Source of the DNA: Mobula hypostoma
Lineage: Eukaryota
Reading direction: 5' to 3'
DNA length: 64,000 nucleotides
Assembly (NCBI RefSeq): GCF_963921235.1
Contig: NC_086097.1
Coordinates: 116,686,001-116,750,000, forward strand
In this document: positions 10,706 through 23,657 of the stretch, piece by piece
Layout: the number at the start of each line of letters is the position of its first letter
Position numbering within the stretch: the first letter of the stretch is position 1
Position numbers and translations under genes: made by a program
Notes under the pieces: model-generated
Databases searched by the model: none
What the model was told of the DNA's origin: nothing
Seen by the model: only the letters and a program-made list of their open reading frames with translations

Positions 10706-13375
10706 CATAAGACCATAAAGCCATAAGATATAGGAGCAGAATTAGACCATTTGGCCCATCAAGTCTGCTCCATCATTTCATCAAGGCTGATCCATTTTTC
10801 CTCTCAGCCCCAATCCCTTGCCTTCTCCCCATATCCCTTCATGCCCTGACCAACAAGAAACTATAACCTCTACCTTAAATGTGCATAAAGACTTGGCCTT
10901 CACAGCTGTCTACAGCAAAGAATTCTACTGATTCACTACTCTCTAGCTAAAAAAATTCTTCCTAATCTCCTTTCTAAAAGGATGCCTCTCTATTTTGAGG
11001 CTATGTCCTCTGGACGTAGTTATTCCCACCATTTCACATCCGCTCTATTAAGGCCGTTCACCATTTGATAGGTTTCAATGAGGTCACCCGTTATACTTCT
11101 GAATTCAAGTGAATACAGGCCCAGGCCTTCAAATGCTTTTTACATGACAAGCCATTCAATCCTGGAATCATTTTCGTGAATCTCCTTTGAACCCTCTCCA
11201 GTTTCAGAACATCCTTTCGAAGATAAGGGGACCAAACTGCTCACAATACTCCAAGTGAGCCCTTGCCAGTGCTTTATAAAGTCTCAACACTACATCCTTG
11301 CTTTTATATTCCAGTCCTCTTAAAATGAATGTTAACATTGCATTTGTCTTTTTCACCAAAGAGTCTACCTGCAAATTAACCTTTAGGGAATCCTGCACAA
11401 GCATTCCGAAGTCCCTTTTTGCCTCAGAATTTTGTATTTCCTCTCTACTTAGAAAATAGTCAACTCTTTCACTTCTTCTACAAAAGTGCATGACCGCTTC
11501 CTGAGACTGTATTCCATCTGCCACTTCGTTGCCCATTCTCCTAATCTGTCCAAATCCTTCTGTAGTCTTTCAATCAATTCTGGCCAACACCTCTCTCATG
11601 CCTCTGTAATTCCCTTTACTCCATTGTAATACTGATACATTTAACTTTCACTTCTCCTTCTCACATTTCAATGTGAATTCAATCATATTATGATCACTTT
11701 CCACTAAGGTTTCTTTGACCTTAAGCTCTCTAATCAATTCTGTTTCATTGCACAACACTCAATCCAGAGTAGCTGATGCCCTAGTGGGCTCACTGATGAG
11801 CTGCTCTAGAAAGCCATCCTGTAGGCATTCTAGAAATGCCTTCTCTTGAAATTCCGCACCAACCTGATTTTCCCAATGTACCTGCATATAGAAATCCTCC
11901 CTGACTATTATAACATTTCCCTTTTGGCATGCACTTTCTATCTCCCATTATAACTACTAGACCACATCCTAACTACTGTTTGGGGGTCTGTATATAACTC
12001 CCATCAGGGTCTTTTTGCCCATGTAGTTCCTTAGCTGAATCCACAATGATTCACCACCTTCTGACCCTATGTCACCTCATTCTAATGATGTAACTTCATT
12101 TCCTGCCTATCCTTTTGATGCAATGCGTATCCTTGGACATTAAGTTCCCAGTTATAATCTTCTTTCAGCCATGACTCAGTGATGCCTACAACATCGTACT
12201 TGCCAATCTACAACTGTGCTGCAAGTTCATCAACCTTATTCTGTATACTGCATGCCATTCAAATATAATACCTTTAGTTCTGTACTCACCTTTTTCCATT
12301 TTGTCCACCTTTTTGTCCACTTATCCTGTTGACTGCAATCTTTCCCTATTGCCTTTCCTTGCTAGGAGTCTGACTACTCATTGTAAACCAACTACCTCAA
12401 TTTCAGCATTATCACTCCGGTTGCCATCCCCTTGCCAGAATAGTTTGAACCCATCTGAACAACTCTAGCCAACCTCCCCACAAGGATATTGGACCCGCTC
12501 GGGTTGAAGTGTAATCTATCCCTTTTGTACAGGTCATACCTTCCCCAGAGGAGATTCGAATGATCTATAAATCTGAACCCCTGCCCCCTGCACCAGTTCC
12601 TCAGCCACGCATTCACCTGCCAACTTATGCTTTTCTTGCCTTCACTGGCACATGGCACAGGCAGCAATCCAGAGATTACACCCCTTGCCCAGAGGTCCTG
12701 TTTCTTAACTTCCTCTAGCTCCCTAAAATCTCTCTTCAGGACCTCCTCACCTTGTCTACCTCTGTCATTGGTGTCAATGTGTACCAGGCATTCTGACTGC
12801 TCACCCTTGCCCTTGAGAATGCCATGGACATGATCTGAGATACCCCTGATGCTGGCAGCAGGGAGGAAGCATACCATCTGGGTGTCTCTATCGCGCTCAC
12901 AGAGCCTCGTCTTTGTTCTTCTGACTATGAAACCTCCTATCAACACTGCAGTCCTCTTTACCTCTCTTCTCCTCTGAGCCACAGCACCAGACTTGGTGCC
13001 AGATGCCCAGTCACTGTGGCTTCCCCCGATAGGTCATCCCCCTCAATAGTATCTGAAGTTATAAACTTATTATTAAGGGGAACAACCACAGGTGTACTCT
13101 GCCCTGGCTGAGCCTTCAAAATCTCCATTGCCACACTGAATTAAAAGTGGCTCTTTTCATGCACCTCTGGTGTGGCTTGTCCAACTCAGAGAAAACTGCC
13201 TCAAAGCTCTGCTTCTTAAATCTCGATCTGACTGAAAGGTAGCTCTTTTTACTCACTGCCACTTGCTGATTGGTCACTCCTCAAATCAGAAAAACTGCCA
13301 TGAAACTTTGCTTTCAAAATCTTGATCACCGTCATGATTCAAAAGTAGCTCTTGATTAAAATGTGGATTGTCCAA
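10706..13375 (-). mobile_element. CR1-clade LINE with ORF1 esterase, endonuclease and 3' end but no RT core
   Basis: ORF 12392..12982 is SGNH-esterase-like (VHIDTND, DRLHFN). EN remnant at 11600-12300, ORF2 C-terminus at 10880-11570, (GTCTTATG)-type tail at ~10706-10730. Confidence 0.8.
12392..12982 (-). pseudogene. CR1 ORF1 SGNH/GDSL esterase domain remnant
   Basis: Motifs LIGGFIVR (from GDS), VHIDTND, ISGLLP and DRLHFN. Confidence 0.8.
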
Positions 13376-15464
13376 CTTATAGCAAGTTAGAATCAAATGA
13401 GGTGCTGGAAACAGTACAGGAAATGCAAGAGAGCAGTTAAGAGAGTTATCTAGAGGGCTAAAACAGCACATGAGGTTGTTCTGGCAGACAAGGTGAAAGC
13501 GAATCCCAAGGGCTCTTACAACTATATTAAGAGCAAAAGTAGAGCAAGGGATAAAATTGGTCTATAGAAGATCAGTGTGGTCAATCATGCATGAAGCCAA
13601 AAAGGATGGGGGAGATCTTAAATTAATTTTTTGCATCCTTATTTACTTGAGAGAGAGACACAGAGAATATAGAACTGAGACAAAAAAGTAGTGAGGCCAT
13701 AAACAATACCCGGATTAAAGCTGAGGAGGTGTGCACTATCTTAACGTGAATTAGGGTGGATAAATTCCCAGGGCCTGATGGTGCGGTCCTTCGACATCAT
13801 GAGGGGCCAGTGCAGAAATTGCAAGGAGCCCTGGCAGAGATATTTAAAATGTCCCTAGCCACTGGTGAGGTTCCAAAAAAAGGGAGGACCGCTAATATTG
13901 TTCTGCTGTTTAAGAAAGGATCCAAGAATAAGCAGGAAATTATCGACCAGTAAACCACATGTCTATCATGGCTAAATTATTGGAAAGTGTTCTGAGGAAC
14001 AGAATAAACAGGGCCTGTTTAGGGATAGTCAACATGGCTTTGCGTGTGGCATGTTACTCCTAACTAATCTGATAGAGTTTTTGAGGAGGTTACATGGAGG
14101 ATTGATGAGGGAAAGGCATATGCACTTTAAGAAGAATCTTGACAAAATCCTGCATGGAAGGTGAGTCCAGAAGGTTATGTCACTGGCATTCAGGATGAAG
14201 TAGTTAATTGGCTTTCCAGGAAAGCCCAAAAATGCTAGCAGATGGTTGTCTCTCTGCACGAAGGCCTGTAACGAGTAGTGCTGGGTCTAAATTATTAATA
14301 AAGACTTTAAGTAACATTGGTATACCTTTCAGCAAATTCTTAGATGACACAAAGATTGGGCCCGTAGTTGATAACAAAAAGAGCTACCATGGCGTGCAGC
14401 GCTATTTGGACCAGCTGAGAAAATGGTCTGAAAAATGGCAGAAAGAATTTAATTTGGACAAGTGTAAGGTGTTGTATTATGGGAGGACAAACCAGGGTAA
14501 AACTTACACAGTAAATGGTAGGGCACTGAGATGTGGGCAGAATAAAGGGACCTTGAAATATAGATCCATAATTCCTCAAAAGTGGCATTGCAGGTAGATA
14601 GGTTTGTAAAGAGAGCTTTCAGCAAATCGACTTTCATAAATCAGGACACTGTCTACAGGAGTTGGGAAGTAATGTTGAAGTTGTATAAGACATTTGTGAA
14701 TTCTGTTCAGCAACCTACAGGAAAGGTATCAATAAGATTGAAAGAATGCAGAGAAAATGTACAAAGATATAGCCGGGACTAGAGGACCTGAGATATTGGT
14801 AAAACTTGAATCGGTAGGATTATATTTACTGGTGAACAGGGGAATGAGAAGAGATCAAAGAGGTATACATGCATGCTTTTTTAAGGTTGGGTGAGACTGG
14901 AATAGAGGTCACACATTTAGGATAAAGCTGAAATATTTAAGGAGAATCTGAGGGGGATCTTCTTTACACAGATGATGGTGTGACTGTGGATTGAGCTGCC
15001 AGCAGAAATTGTAGATGCAAGTTCAACATAACAGTGAAGAAAAGCTTGGATAAGTACACAGATGAAAGTGGAATAGAGGGCTCAGGTAGATGTTACTCAC
15101 CAGAAGACTAGGCCAGCATGGATTATATTAGCTGAAGAGCCTGCTTCTGTGTTGTTGATGATATCTGCAATCTCTATGCTAGTTAAGGACACGTTACTAA
15201 TCTTTAATGGGGTCATTATAGCAATGTGTTTTTACACTGCTGACTTCAGCCAAGCTTGGAAAATATTAACTGCATTTTGCAGTTGATCACTCTCTGCTAC
15301 ATTAGGCAGACTCTTACTCAGAGAGAACTAATCATGTTGCATTATCTCCTGCCAGAGGCAGACATGTGGCAATAATCATAGAGTCATAGAAAGATACAGC
15401 AGGGGAGCACACCATTCAGCCCACAAAGGTCAGAATCGATACTCTATATTTCATTAGGCATTTA

Positions 15465-15681
15465 AAGAAATTTGGTTTGTCAAATAAAACACTCAAAAAC
15501 TTCTGTAGATGTTCCATGGAGAGCATTCTGACAGGCTGCTTCACTGTTTGTTATTCGGTCCTACTGCACAGGACCGAAGGAACTACAGAAAGTTTAAAAA
15601 TTAGTCAGTTTCATCCTGGGCACTAGTCTCCATAATGTCCAACACATCTTCAAGGAGCGGCGCCTCAAAAAGGTGACGTCC
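15465..15681 (+). mobile_element. Rex1/Babar-like 3' fragment, left half of the L1 target
   Basis: Matches the copy at 22660-22880. Continues seamlessly at 21508 once the L1 and one TSD are removed. Confidence 0.8.
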
Positions 15682-15807
15682 GCAGGTTTTCAAGGGAATG
15701 GCGGCGTAAGGAAAAGGTCTCTCGACAAAAAAGAAGGTAAACTGCCCCAAAATCGAATTTAGACAAATACTTAATAATGCATAACTATATTAATAAAAGG
15801 GGCAAGG

Positions 15808-16794
15808 ATGATGTCTAAGAACAAGAATAAAAAGTCTGCTTCGAAGGCTGATAAACATAAAGAGACGCAGCAAGGCGACGGGCCCAGCTCCCCCACGGCA
15901 AGCCAGGACGGAGATAATGAGGGGGAATCGGTGACTCTGTCTTTGATTCTTGGAGAGATTCGCGAGTTCAGACAAGATAACAGCAAACAGCTGGAAGATA
16001 TTAAAGGAGAAATAGTAAAAACTAACTCGCGGATAGATGAAGCCGAAGCGAGGATTGTTGGAATTGAAGAGAAGCTACAAAACGCCGAGGAAGTGATAGC
16101 AGAAATACTGAAGCTACAAGACCAGTTCCAGTGGAAGCTAATAGATCAAGAAGGCCGCTCGAGAAGGGAAAATGTGAGGATTTACGGAGTTCCCGAAGGA
16201 ACCGAAGGTAAACCCGGATTGATGATTCCCTTCGTGGAGAAGCTGCTTAGAGAGAACCTTGATATACCGGCCGCAAAAGACCTACAGATAGAAAGGGCTC
16301 ACCACGCGTTGGCACCACAGTCCCCGGCAGGCGCCCAGCCCAGATCGATTCTGATCAGATTTCTCAGTTACAGAACGAAGGAAGAGGTGCTTAAAAGAGC
16401 ATGGCAAAAGAAAGGTTTCATGTGGAACAACTGCAAAATCAGTTTAGACCACGACTATGCACCGGGGATTCTTGCCAGACGGAAGGAATATACGGAAACA
16501 CGGAGGGTCCTGAAGGAAAACAACATCAGATTCCAGACCCTGTATCCAGCTCGGCTGAGAGTCTTTTACGACGAAGGGACAAAAACTTACGCTACGGTGG
16601 AGGAGGCAACGTTGGACCTGGCGGACCGGGGACTACCTATTAAAGTTATCACCCAACCGGAGTCGCTACTGGAGAGGATTCGGCAGAAGTCGTGGCAGTT
16701 AGTGGGGCGAGGACGCTCCACTCGAACCAGAGTGTCAAACTACAAGGAAAAGCTGCAAATATTCAGACGCGAATGTACAGAGAATACAGATTAA
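15808..16794 (+). CDS. L1 ORF1 protein (coiled coil, RRM, CTD; Transposase_22-like), intact
   Basis: 328 aa open frame with heptad region, RSRRENVRIYGVPEG, IERAH, PRSILIRF and LYPARLRV motifs. Confidence 0.92.
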   Translation: MMSKNKNKKSASKADKHKETQQGDGPSSPTASQDGDNEGESVTLSLILGEIREFRQDNSKQLEDIKGEIVKTNSRIDEAEARIVGIEEKLQNAEEVIAEILKLQDQFQWKLIDQEGRSRRENVRIYGVPEGTEGKPGLMIPFVEKLLRENLDIPAAKDLQIERAHHALAPQSPAGAQPRSILIRFLSYRTKEEVLKRAWQKKGFMWNNCKISLDHDYAPGILARRKEYTETRRVLKENNIRFQTLYPARLRVFYDEGTKTYATVEEATLDLADRGLPIKVITQPESLLERIRQKSWQLVGRGRSTRTRVSNYKEKLQIFRRECTENTD

Positions 16795-17156
16795 TTAAGA
16801 GAAATGACTGAAAAGAGTAAATCGGACTTAAAAGTAAAATGAAAACTGGTAACTGAAAATAAACTAGGCGGAATAACTTGAATGATAGCAATATGGTCGA
16901 GACATAAATAGGAGAAAATTCTCTATAATTATTCAAACTGCTGAGGGCCCTCTAACACAGGGTGAAGATAGAGGTTATCCCTCTGAACTGAGGCGGGTCG
17001 GTGCTCAGGCCTCACTGTGGGAAGTCGGGAAAAATTTTCAAATGTTATACGTTCAGAAATGTCTAGGGTGTGGTTATATGTCTTGGTTTACTGTTGAGAA
17101 GGGATTGCTTACTGTTTGGTTAGAAAAGGAGAGTGCTTTTTTTCTACTAGAGAAAA

Positions 17157-20100
17157 ATGCAAACTGAATTGGTAAAAATAATTTCCTATAATGTTAATGG
17201 GGTTTTGAATCCAATTAAAAGAAATAAGATTATGTCTAAATTGAAAAAAGAGAGGGTACAAATAGCTTTCCTCCAGGAAACACATATGAGCCAATCTGAA
17301 CATGGAAAATTAAAAAGAATGGGCTTTAAGCATATATTTTATTCATCATATAAATTGAGTCACAAAAGAGGGGTAGCTACTTTAATATCAAGTACTCTTA
17401 ATTATGAACATATTTCAGAGGCTAGAGACAAAGAAGGACGGTTTGTAAAAATCACAGGAAGAATAGAAGGTACAGAAATAACATTGCTGAATGTTTATGC
17501 TCCTCCAGGTAGTGAATGGTCATTTTATAGACACATTTTTGACCTAATGGTCAGTTCTCGAGGGGTAGTAATTTGTGGAGGGGATTTTAATATTAGATTA
17601 AATCCTATATTAGACTCTTAAAGAATAGTTACTCAGAATAAACCTCTGACTCGGAAAGTGAATTCATTGATGGAGGAGTTGGGAATTATAGATGTCTGGA
17701 GGGAATTACACCCTACTAGTAAAGATTATACGTATTACTCTTTCCCTCATTCAGCCTATTCAAGGATAGACTATTTCTTTATCTTTAATACAGATAGACT
17801 CAGGATAAAAAACTGTAATATTGCAACAATTGATCTGTCGGATCATAGCCCAGTCTCTATGTCTCTAATCCTGGAAAGGAAAATGAGGAAAACACTATGG
17901 AGGCTAAACTCACATATACTCAATAACCCGAAAGTAATGGAGAGATTAAGGGGAGAAATCAAAGAATATCTAGACCTTAATGACACGGGAGAAACATCAC
18001 CAGTGATATTATGGGATACATTGAAAGCTGTACTGAGAGGGAAAATTATTTCCATTACTACTCACATGAAAAAAATCAATGCACAAAAATTAGCAGACCT
18101 TCAAGGAAAATTAAAACAACTTCAAGTTGTAGATAGCAACAAAAGTAATTCAAATCGAAAACAGGAAATTAGGAAATTGCAAAGTGAAATTGATGATATT
18201 TATACGTTGGAAACTCAAAGAAATTTTCTTTACCTGAGACAAAAGAATTATGAAGTAGGAGATAAATCAGCTAGATTATTAGCATATAAATTACGAAAAC
18301 AACAAGCAGACAATACAATTCATAAAATAAAGAATCCAAAGACAAAGCTTGTGGAGAGTACAATAGGGAAAATTCAAGAGAGTTTTGAAACATATTATCG
18401 AGAGCTGTACTCCCAACCCCGGGCCCCCAATGAGCCCTATATAGACAGTGTATTGAATTTTTTAGATCTACCTAAACTTACAGATTTACAAAATGAAAGT
18501 TTATTAGAACCAGTAACTGTCAAAGAACTGAACGTGACCATCTCTAGGTTAAAGGCTGGAAAGTCCCCGGGTTCTGATGGGTTTACCTCAGAGTGGTACA
18601 AGTCCCTGAAGACACAGTTAGCCCCATTACTACTTAACACCTTTAATTGGATCTTGCAGAGAGAAGAAACTCCACCTTCCTGGAGAGAAGCGATTATTTC
18701 AGTTATTCCTAAAGAGGGTAAAGATAAACTAGAATGTGGCAATTATCGGCCAATTAGTGTTCTTAATTTAGATTACAAACTATTTACATCTATATTAGCG
18801 CGCAAATTGGAAAAGCTTTTACCTGGCCTGATCCATTTAGACCAGACTGGATTTATTCAACAAAGACAAACACAGGACAATATAAGGAGAACTCTGCACA
18901 TATTAGAACAGGTTAATAAGAACGAGACAGAGACAATGGTAGTAGGATTGGACGCTGAGAAAGCTTTTGATTCGGTTAGTTGGGCATTCCTATACAGAGT
19001 GTTAGGAAGATTCGGCTTTCAAGAAAGGTTTATTAAAGTAATTCAGACTCTATATGACAGCCCTACAGCCTGAATTAAGATAAATGGGGACCTCTCTGAC
19101 TCCTTCATTTTAGAGAGAGGCACTAGACAGGGATGCCCAATTTCTCCTCTCCTTTTTGTGCTATATATTGAACCACTTGCCCAACTAATAAGACAGAGCA
19201 AAATCGTAAAAGGTATCAAGGTGGCAGGGATTGAACAGAAAGTGGCGTTATTCGCAGATGATGTTTTGGTCTATCTGAGTGAACCAGAAAAATCATTTAT
19301 AGGATTGTTTACACTGTTGGATGACTTTGGGAAAATATCAGGTTATAAAATAAATGTAAAGAAAATGCAGGTTATGTCCCTAAATTATACACCATCCAAA
19401 AAATTGCAGGATACATACGATCTTAAGTGGGAAGCTAAATCATTAAAATATTTAGGAATAACCCTGCCGAAGGATCTTTCAACACTGTCACAGGTAAATT
19501 ATGGGCCATTAATCTTAGAGATAAAAGCAGATATGCATAGATGGAATCTTATCCCCTTTTTAAGTTTAAATTCAAGGATAAATACTATAAAAATGAATAT
19601 TCTTCCTCAGTTATTATATCTTTTCCGTACTTTACCAGTGGAGGTGGATGATAATCAATTCAGGGAATGGGACAAATGGATTTCCCGCTTCATTTGGCAA
19701 GGAAGGAAACCTAGAATTCGATTTAACACCTTACAGTTAGGGAAGGAAGGAGGAGGTATGGTTCTTCCTTGCCTGAGAAATTATTTTTATGCCTCACAGA
19801 TAACCCCTCTGTTATATTGGTGTAATAGGGAATATAAGGCTAGATGGAAGGAAATAGAATTTGGATTAGTTGACAGTTTTCCTCTTCAGGCCTCAATAGC
19901 TGACAAAGGATTGATGGCTCAGTTGGAAAAATTTAATAATGCTTGGATAAATCTTACATTAAAAGTATGGCAGAAGGTGGTTAATTCATGTGGAATTAAT
20001 AACATGTTAAAACTCTTTAGATGGTGTGCATATGATACCGAATTTCTTCCCAACAGAGGAGATAAAAGATTTGAGCTATGGATAAAGAAAGGTCTTACAA

Positions 20101-20946
20101 CCTACCTCTCATTTATAGATAAAAGAGTATTACAAAGTTTCCAAATCCTGCACGGATGAACATGGCCTAGAACATAATGACTTTTTTAGGTACCTTCAAA
20201 TACGAAACTATGTTAACCAGAGTTGTAGATATACAGACCTATCAAAAGTAGAATTAGAATTTTTCAAGATTCTGAATTCGGCTTGCAGTTCAATACCTAG
20301 TAAATCAGTTTCTCGCCTATATAATGCACTCTCCCATGCTAAAAATGTAAATACACTGTATATTAAAGAGAAGTGGGAGAAAGAAGCGGGGTAGGTACTT
20401 TCAGAGGGGGCTTGGGGGAAAATCTGCAGCTTTCAGTGGTCCTCGACTAATTCTTTGACCTGGAGAGAACATTGTTGGAAAAACATTATAAGATACTTCA
20501 AGACCCCATATCAGGAAAAATATAAAGATACAAATGTGATGTGTTGGAGAAGGTGCGGCTCCAAGGAGGAGAATCATTTTCATATTTTCTGGGATTGCCC
20601 TAAATTAAGTCTATTTTGGGAAGGTATTCATAGAACATTAGTTAAGGTACTTAGGTCCCAGATACCTCTGAACTTTGAGACGCTCTATTTGGGGCATGTA
20701 TTGTTCCTTGAACAGAAGGAAGATATAAAGTTGCTGCAGGCCCTCTTAGCGGCAAGTAAGAAATCAATCACTAGAAAATGGCTAAATCCAATACCACCTA
20801 CATTAGAAGATTGGTACGAAATTATCTTGGAAATATTTAAAATGGAAAAGTTGACTTACTCCCTGAGAACTCAAAAAGAAACATTTTATCAAATCTGGAA
20901 TAAATGGATTGAATATATAACCCCAATGCGAGCAGACTTTAGATGA
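17157..20946 (+). pseudogene. L1 ORF2 (APE endonuclease, reverse transcriptase, CCHC), disrupted
   Basis: Motifs SYNVNG, FLQETH, GGDFN, SDHSPV, DAEKAFD, FADD, YLGI and CWRRC...HIFWDC. Stops at 17619-21, 19071-73 and 20392-94, plus a +1 frameshift near 20153. Confidence 0.93.
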
Positions 20947-21507
20947 CTCTCCTAATGATTTATATTGCTCTTCTCATCAACACAGTAATATTGCTAACGT
21001 AAACACCCCTAGTCTAAATGTTTGTTTTTTTTTTGGAAAATAGAGAACTAACACAAGTAAAGGGAAAGATTTGGGAAAGGGATAAAAAAAATGAAAAAAT
21101 TAAGTAAATAAGTACATAGGGATTGGATAATTATGTCTGCGGGCAGGAACAAGCATGAACAAATTGGGATATAAACACCTACAATGGTTGGTATATAGGC
21201 TTGTATGCAACATTTTGGACCAGTGGAAATGGTCCAGAAGGGTTGTATGGAAACTATTATTACCATTTTTCTTAACAACTCATTTCATTACTTAGCCTAA
21301 TAGGTTAGATTTACCATAGTACATAATTATCTATTTAAATGTTTATTTTCCTTTTATATCATCTCAATGTATATTTAAGAATGTATAAATAATTGTAGTT
21401 TTATACATATAAAAAAATGGAAAAGGTTATATGTGTGAAAAAAGTACATGATAATTGTGAATTCCTTATCCAAATAAAAATAAAATTAAAAAAAAAAGGT
21501 GACGTCC

Positions 21508-21880
21508 ATTATTAAGGGCCCCCATCGCTCAGGACATGCCCTTTTCTCACTGTGAGCATCAGGGAAGAGGATACAGAAGTCTGAAGACACACACTCAATG
21601 ATTCAGGAACAGCTTCTTCCACGCTGCCATCTGATTCCTAAATGGACATTCAACCTGTGAACGCTACCTCACTTTTAAAATATATATATTATTTCTGTTT
21701 TTGCACTGTTTATAATCTATTCAATATACATACATACATACATATATATACACACGTAACTGTATGTTATTTATTTATTTTTCCTTTCTGTGTTATCATG
21801 TATTACACTGAACTGCTGCTGCTCAATTAACAAATTGTATGACACATGCTGGTGATACTAAACCTGATTCTGACTCTGAA
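21508..21880 (+). mobile_element. Rex1/Babar-like 3' fragment, right half of the L1 target
   Basis: ATTATTAAGGGCCCCCATC continues the host sequence. Ends in CCTGATTCTGACTCTGA. Confidence 0.8.
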
Positions 21881-22349
21881 TGTGTTCACTTGCTTATAAC
21901 TACTGATGAGACCCAAAGCGAGGATACAAGACAAGCTGGAACGTGAAATAAATCTTTACTCAGTAAAACCACGCAGCTACAAAAACTCAGCAGTGTTTCC
22001 AGAGTACCACTGTTTGAAATGGTTTACCCAAGAAGATTCGGGATGTTGTTCGGAACAGCAGCCAGTCAGTGGAAGTCATCCTGGGATTGGTTGTCAGCTG
22101 ACCAATAGGTGATGGCTGTTTCGGCTCACTGTAACAGAAACATCGTCTGGGCCAGGCAGGAGCTGCAGAAAGAGAAATAGAGTTATGTTTCAGGTCAAAG
22201 ACCCTTTATAAGGGAGGAAGTAAGCATAAACAAGACAAAAAGGGCTAATTAGATCTAGTTGGAGAGGAGTAGAACTTCTTCTCAGTCAGTCATTGACTTC
22301 AGTAAGTGTGGTGGAGTGCACACCTCTCTCAGTCTGTATCAATGGTGCT

Positions 22350-23203
22350 GATATACAGGCGACACAACTATTGATGGCAGAATTTCAGATGGTGACGAGG
22401 AATGTATCGGACTGAGATAGATCAGCTGGTTGAGTGGTTTCATAGCAACAACCTTGCTCTCAACGTCAGAGAGACAAAGGAATTTATTGTGGACTTCAGG
22501 AAAGGGATGTCGAGGGAACACCTACCAATCCTCATCATGGGATGAGAAGTGGAAAGGGTGAGTGGTTTCAAGTCCCTGGATATCAGCATCCTGGACCCAA
22601 CATATTGATACAATTACAGAGAAGGTACAACAGCAGCTATGTTTCCTTTTGAGTTTGAGGAGATTTGGTGTGTTGTCAAAGACACCCAGAAATTTCTACA
22701 GATGTACCATGGAGAATATTCTAACTGATTGCATCACCATCTGCTATGAAGGGGCCACTGCACAGGACTGGAAAATGCTGCAGAAAATTGTAAGCTCAGG
22801 CAGCTCCATCATGGGCACTAGTCACCACAGCATCAAGGATATCTTCAAAAGGCAATGCCTCAAAAAGGTGGTGTCCATCATTAAGGACCCCCATTACCCA
22901 GGATCTGACCTCTTCTCATTGCTGCCGTCAAGGAAGGGGTACAGGAGCTTAAAGGCACATACTCAATGTTTCAGGGACAGCTTCTTCCCGACCATCATCA
23001 GATTTCTGAATGGACAATGACCTCACTATATTTTTTCTTTCTTTCTGGTTTTCATTTGCACTATGTAATTAAATTATTTTTACATATACTGTATATCTTT
23101 ATGTAATTTATAATTTTAATTTATTATATATTGCAATGTACTGTTGCCACAAAACAACAATTTTCATGACACATGTCAGTGATATTAAATCTGATCCTGA
23201 GTC
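22350..23203 (+). mobile_element. Rex1/Babar-like LINE 3' fragment
   Basis: ORF 22562..23020 contains NFYRCTMENILTDCITICY and LFSLLPSRKGYRSLK. (CTGATC/CTGAGT) tail. Confidence 0.85.
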
Positions 23204-23214
23204 TGTTTCTAATT

Positions 23215-23657
23215 CTTCGGCACACTACTGTTGTAAAACATGGTTACTTGAGTTACTGTCGCCTTCTTGTCAGCTAGAACCAGTCTGACCATTCTCCTCT
23301 GACCTCTCTCACTAACAAGGCATTTCCACCCACAGAACTGCCACTCACAGGATGCTTTTTTTTGCTTTTGTACCATTCCCGATAAACTCTGGAGATCATT
23401 GTGTGGGAAAATTCCAGGAGATCAATTGTTTCTGAGATACTCAAGCCACCCCATCTGGCACCAAATCATTCCACAGTCAAAGTCACTTAGATCACATTTC
23501 TTCCCCAATCTGATGTTTGTTCTGAATATCAAGTGTACCACTTGACCATGTCTGCATGCCTTTATGCATTGAGTTGCGGCCACACGATTGTTTGATGAGA
23601 TATTCGCTTTAATGAGCAGTTGTACAGGTATACCTAATAACGTGGCTACTGAATGTA
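23215..23657 (-). mobile_element. Non-autonomous Tc1 derivative, same family as 3786-4187
   Basis: Shares CCAGGAGATC...TTCTGAGATACTCAA...CCATCTGGCACC and a TIR-like CCTAATAACGTGGCTACTGA. Confidence 0.7.

Larger units (their letters stand above)
9660..15180 (+). mobile_element. Old CR1-clade LINE ORF2 remnant hosting a SINE and an antisense CR1
   Basis: EN motif CDVIATSETWLQEGQDW at ~9680. RT remnants DKFPGPDG and SKFLDDTKIG. CR1 3' end at ~15100-15180. Confidence 0.8.
15682..21492 (+). mobile_element. Full-length L1-clade LINE (~5.8 kb) with poly(A) tail and 15-bp TSD
   Basis: TSD AAAAAGGTGACGTCC at 15667-15681 and 21493-21507. ORF1 plus EN-RT-CCHC ORF2. AATAAA at 21473-21478 followed by an A-rich tail. 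Confidence 0.96.

Noticed and set aside
21904..22136. LTR-like segment (TGATG...TAACA, with CCAAT motifs and a reverse AGTAAA)
   Set aside because: No matching TSD at any boundary I tried, so it is not supportable without a genome search.
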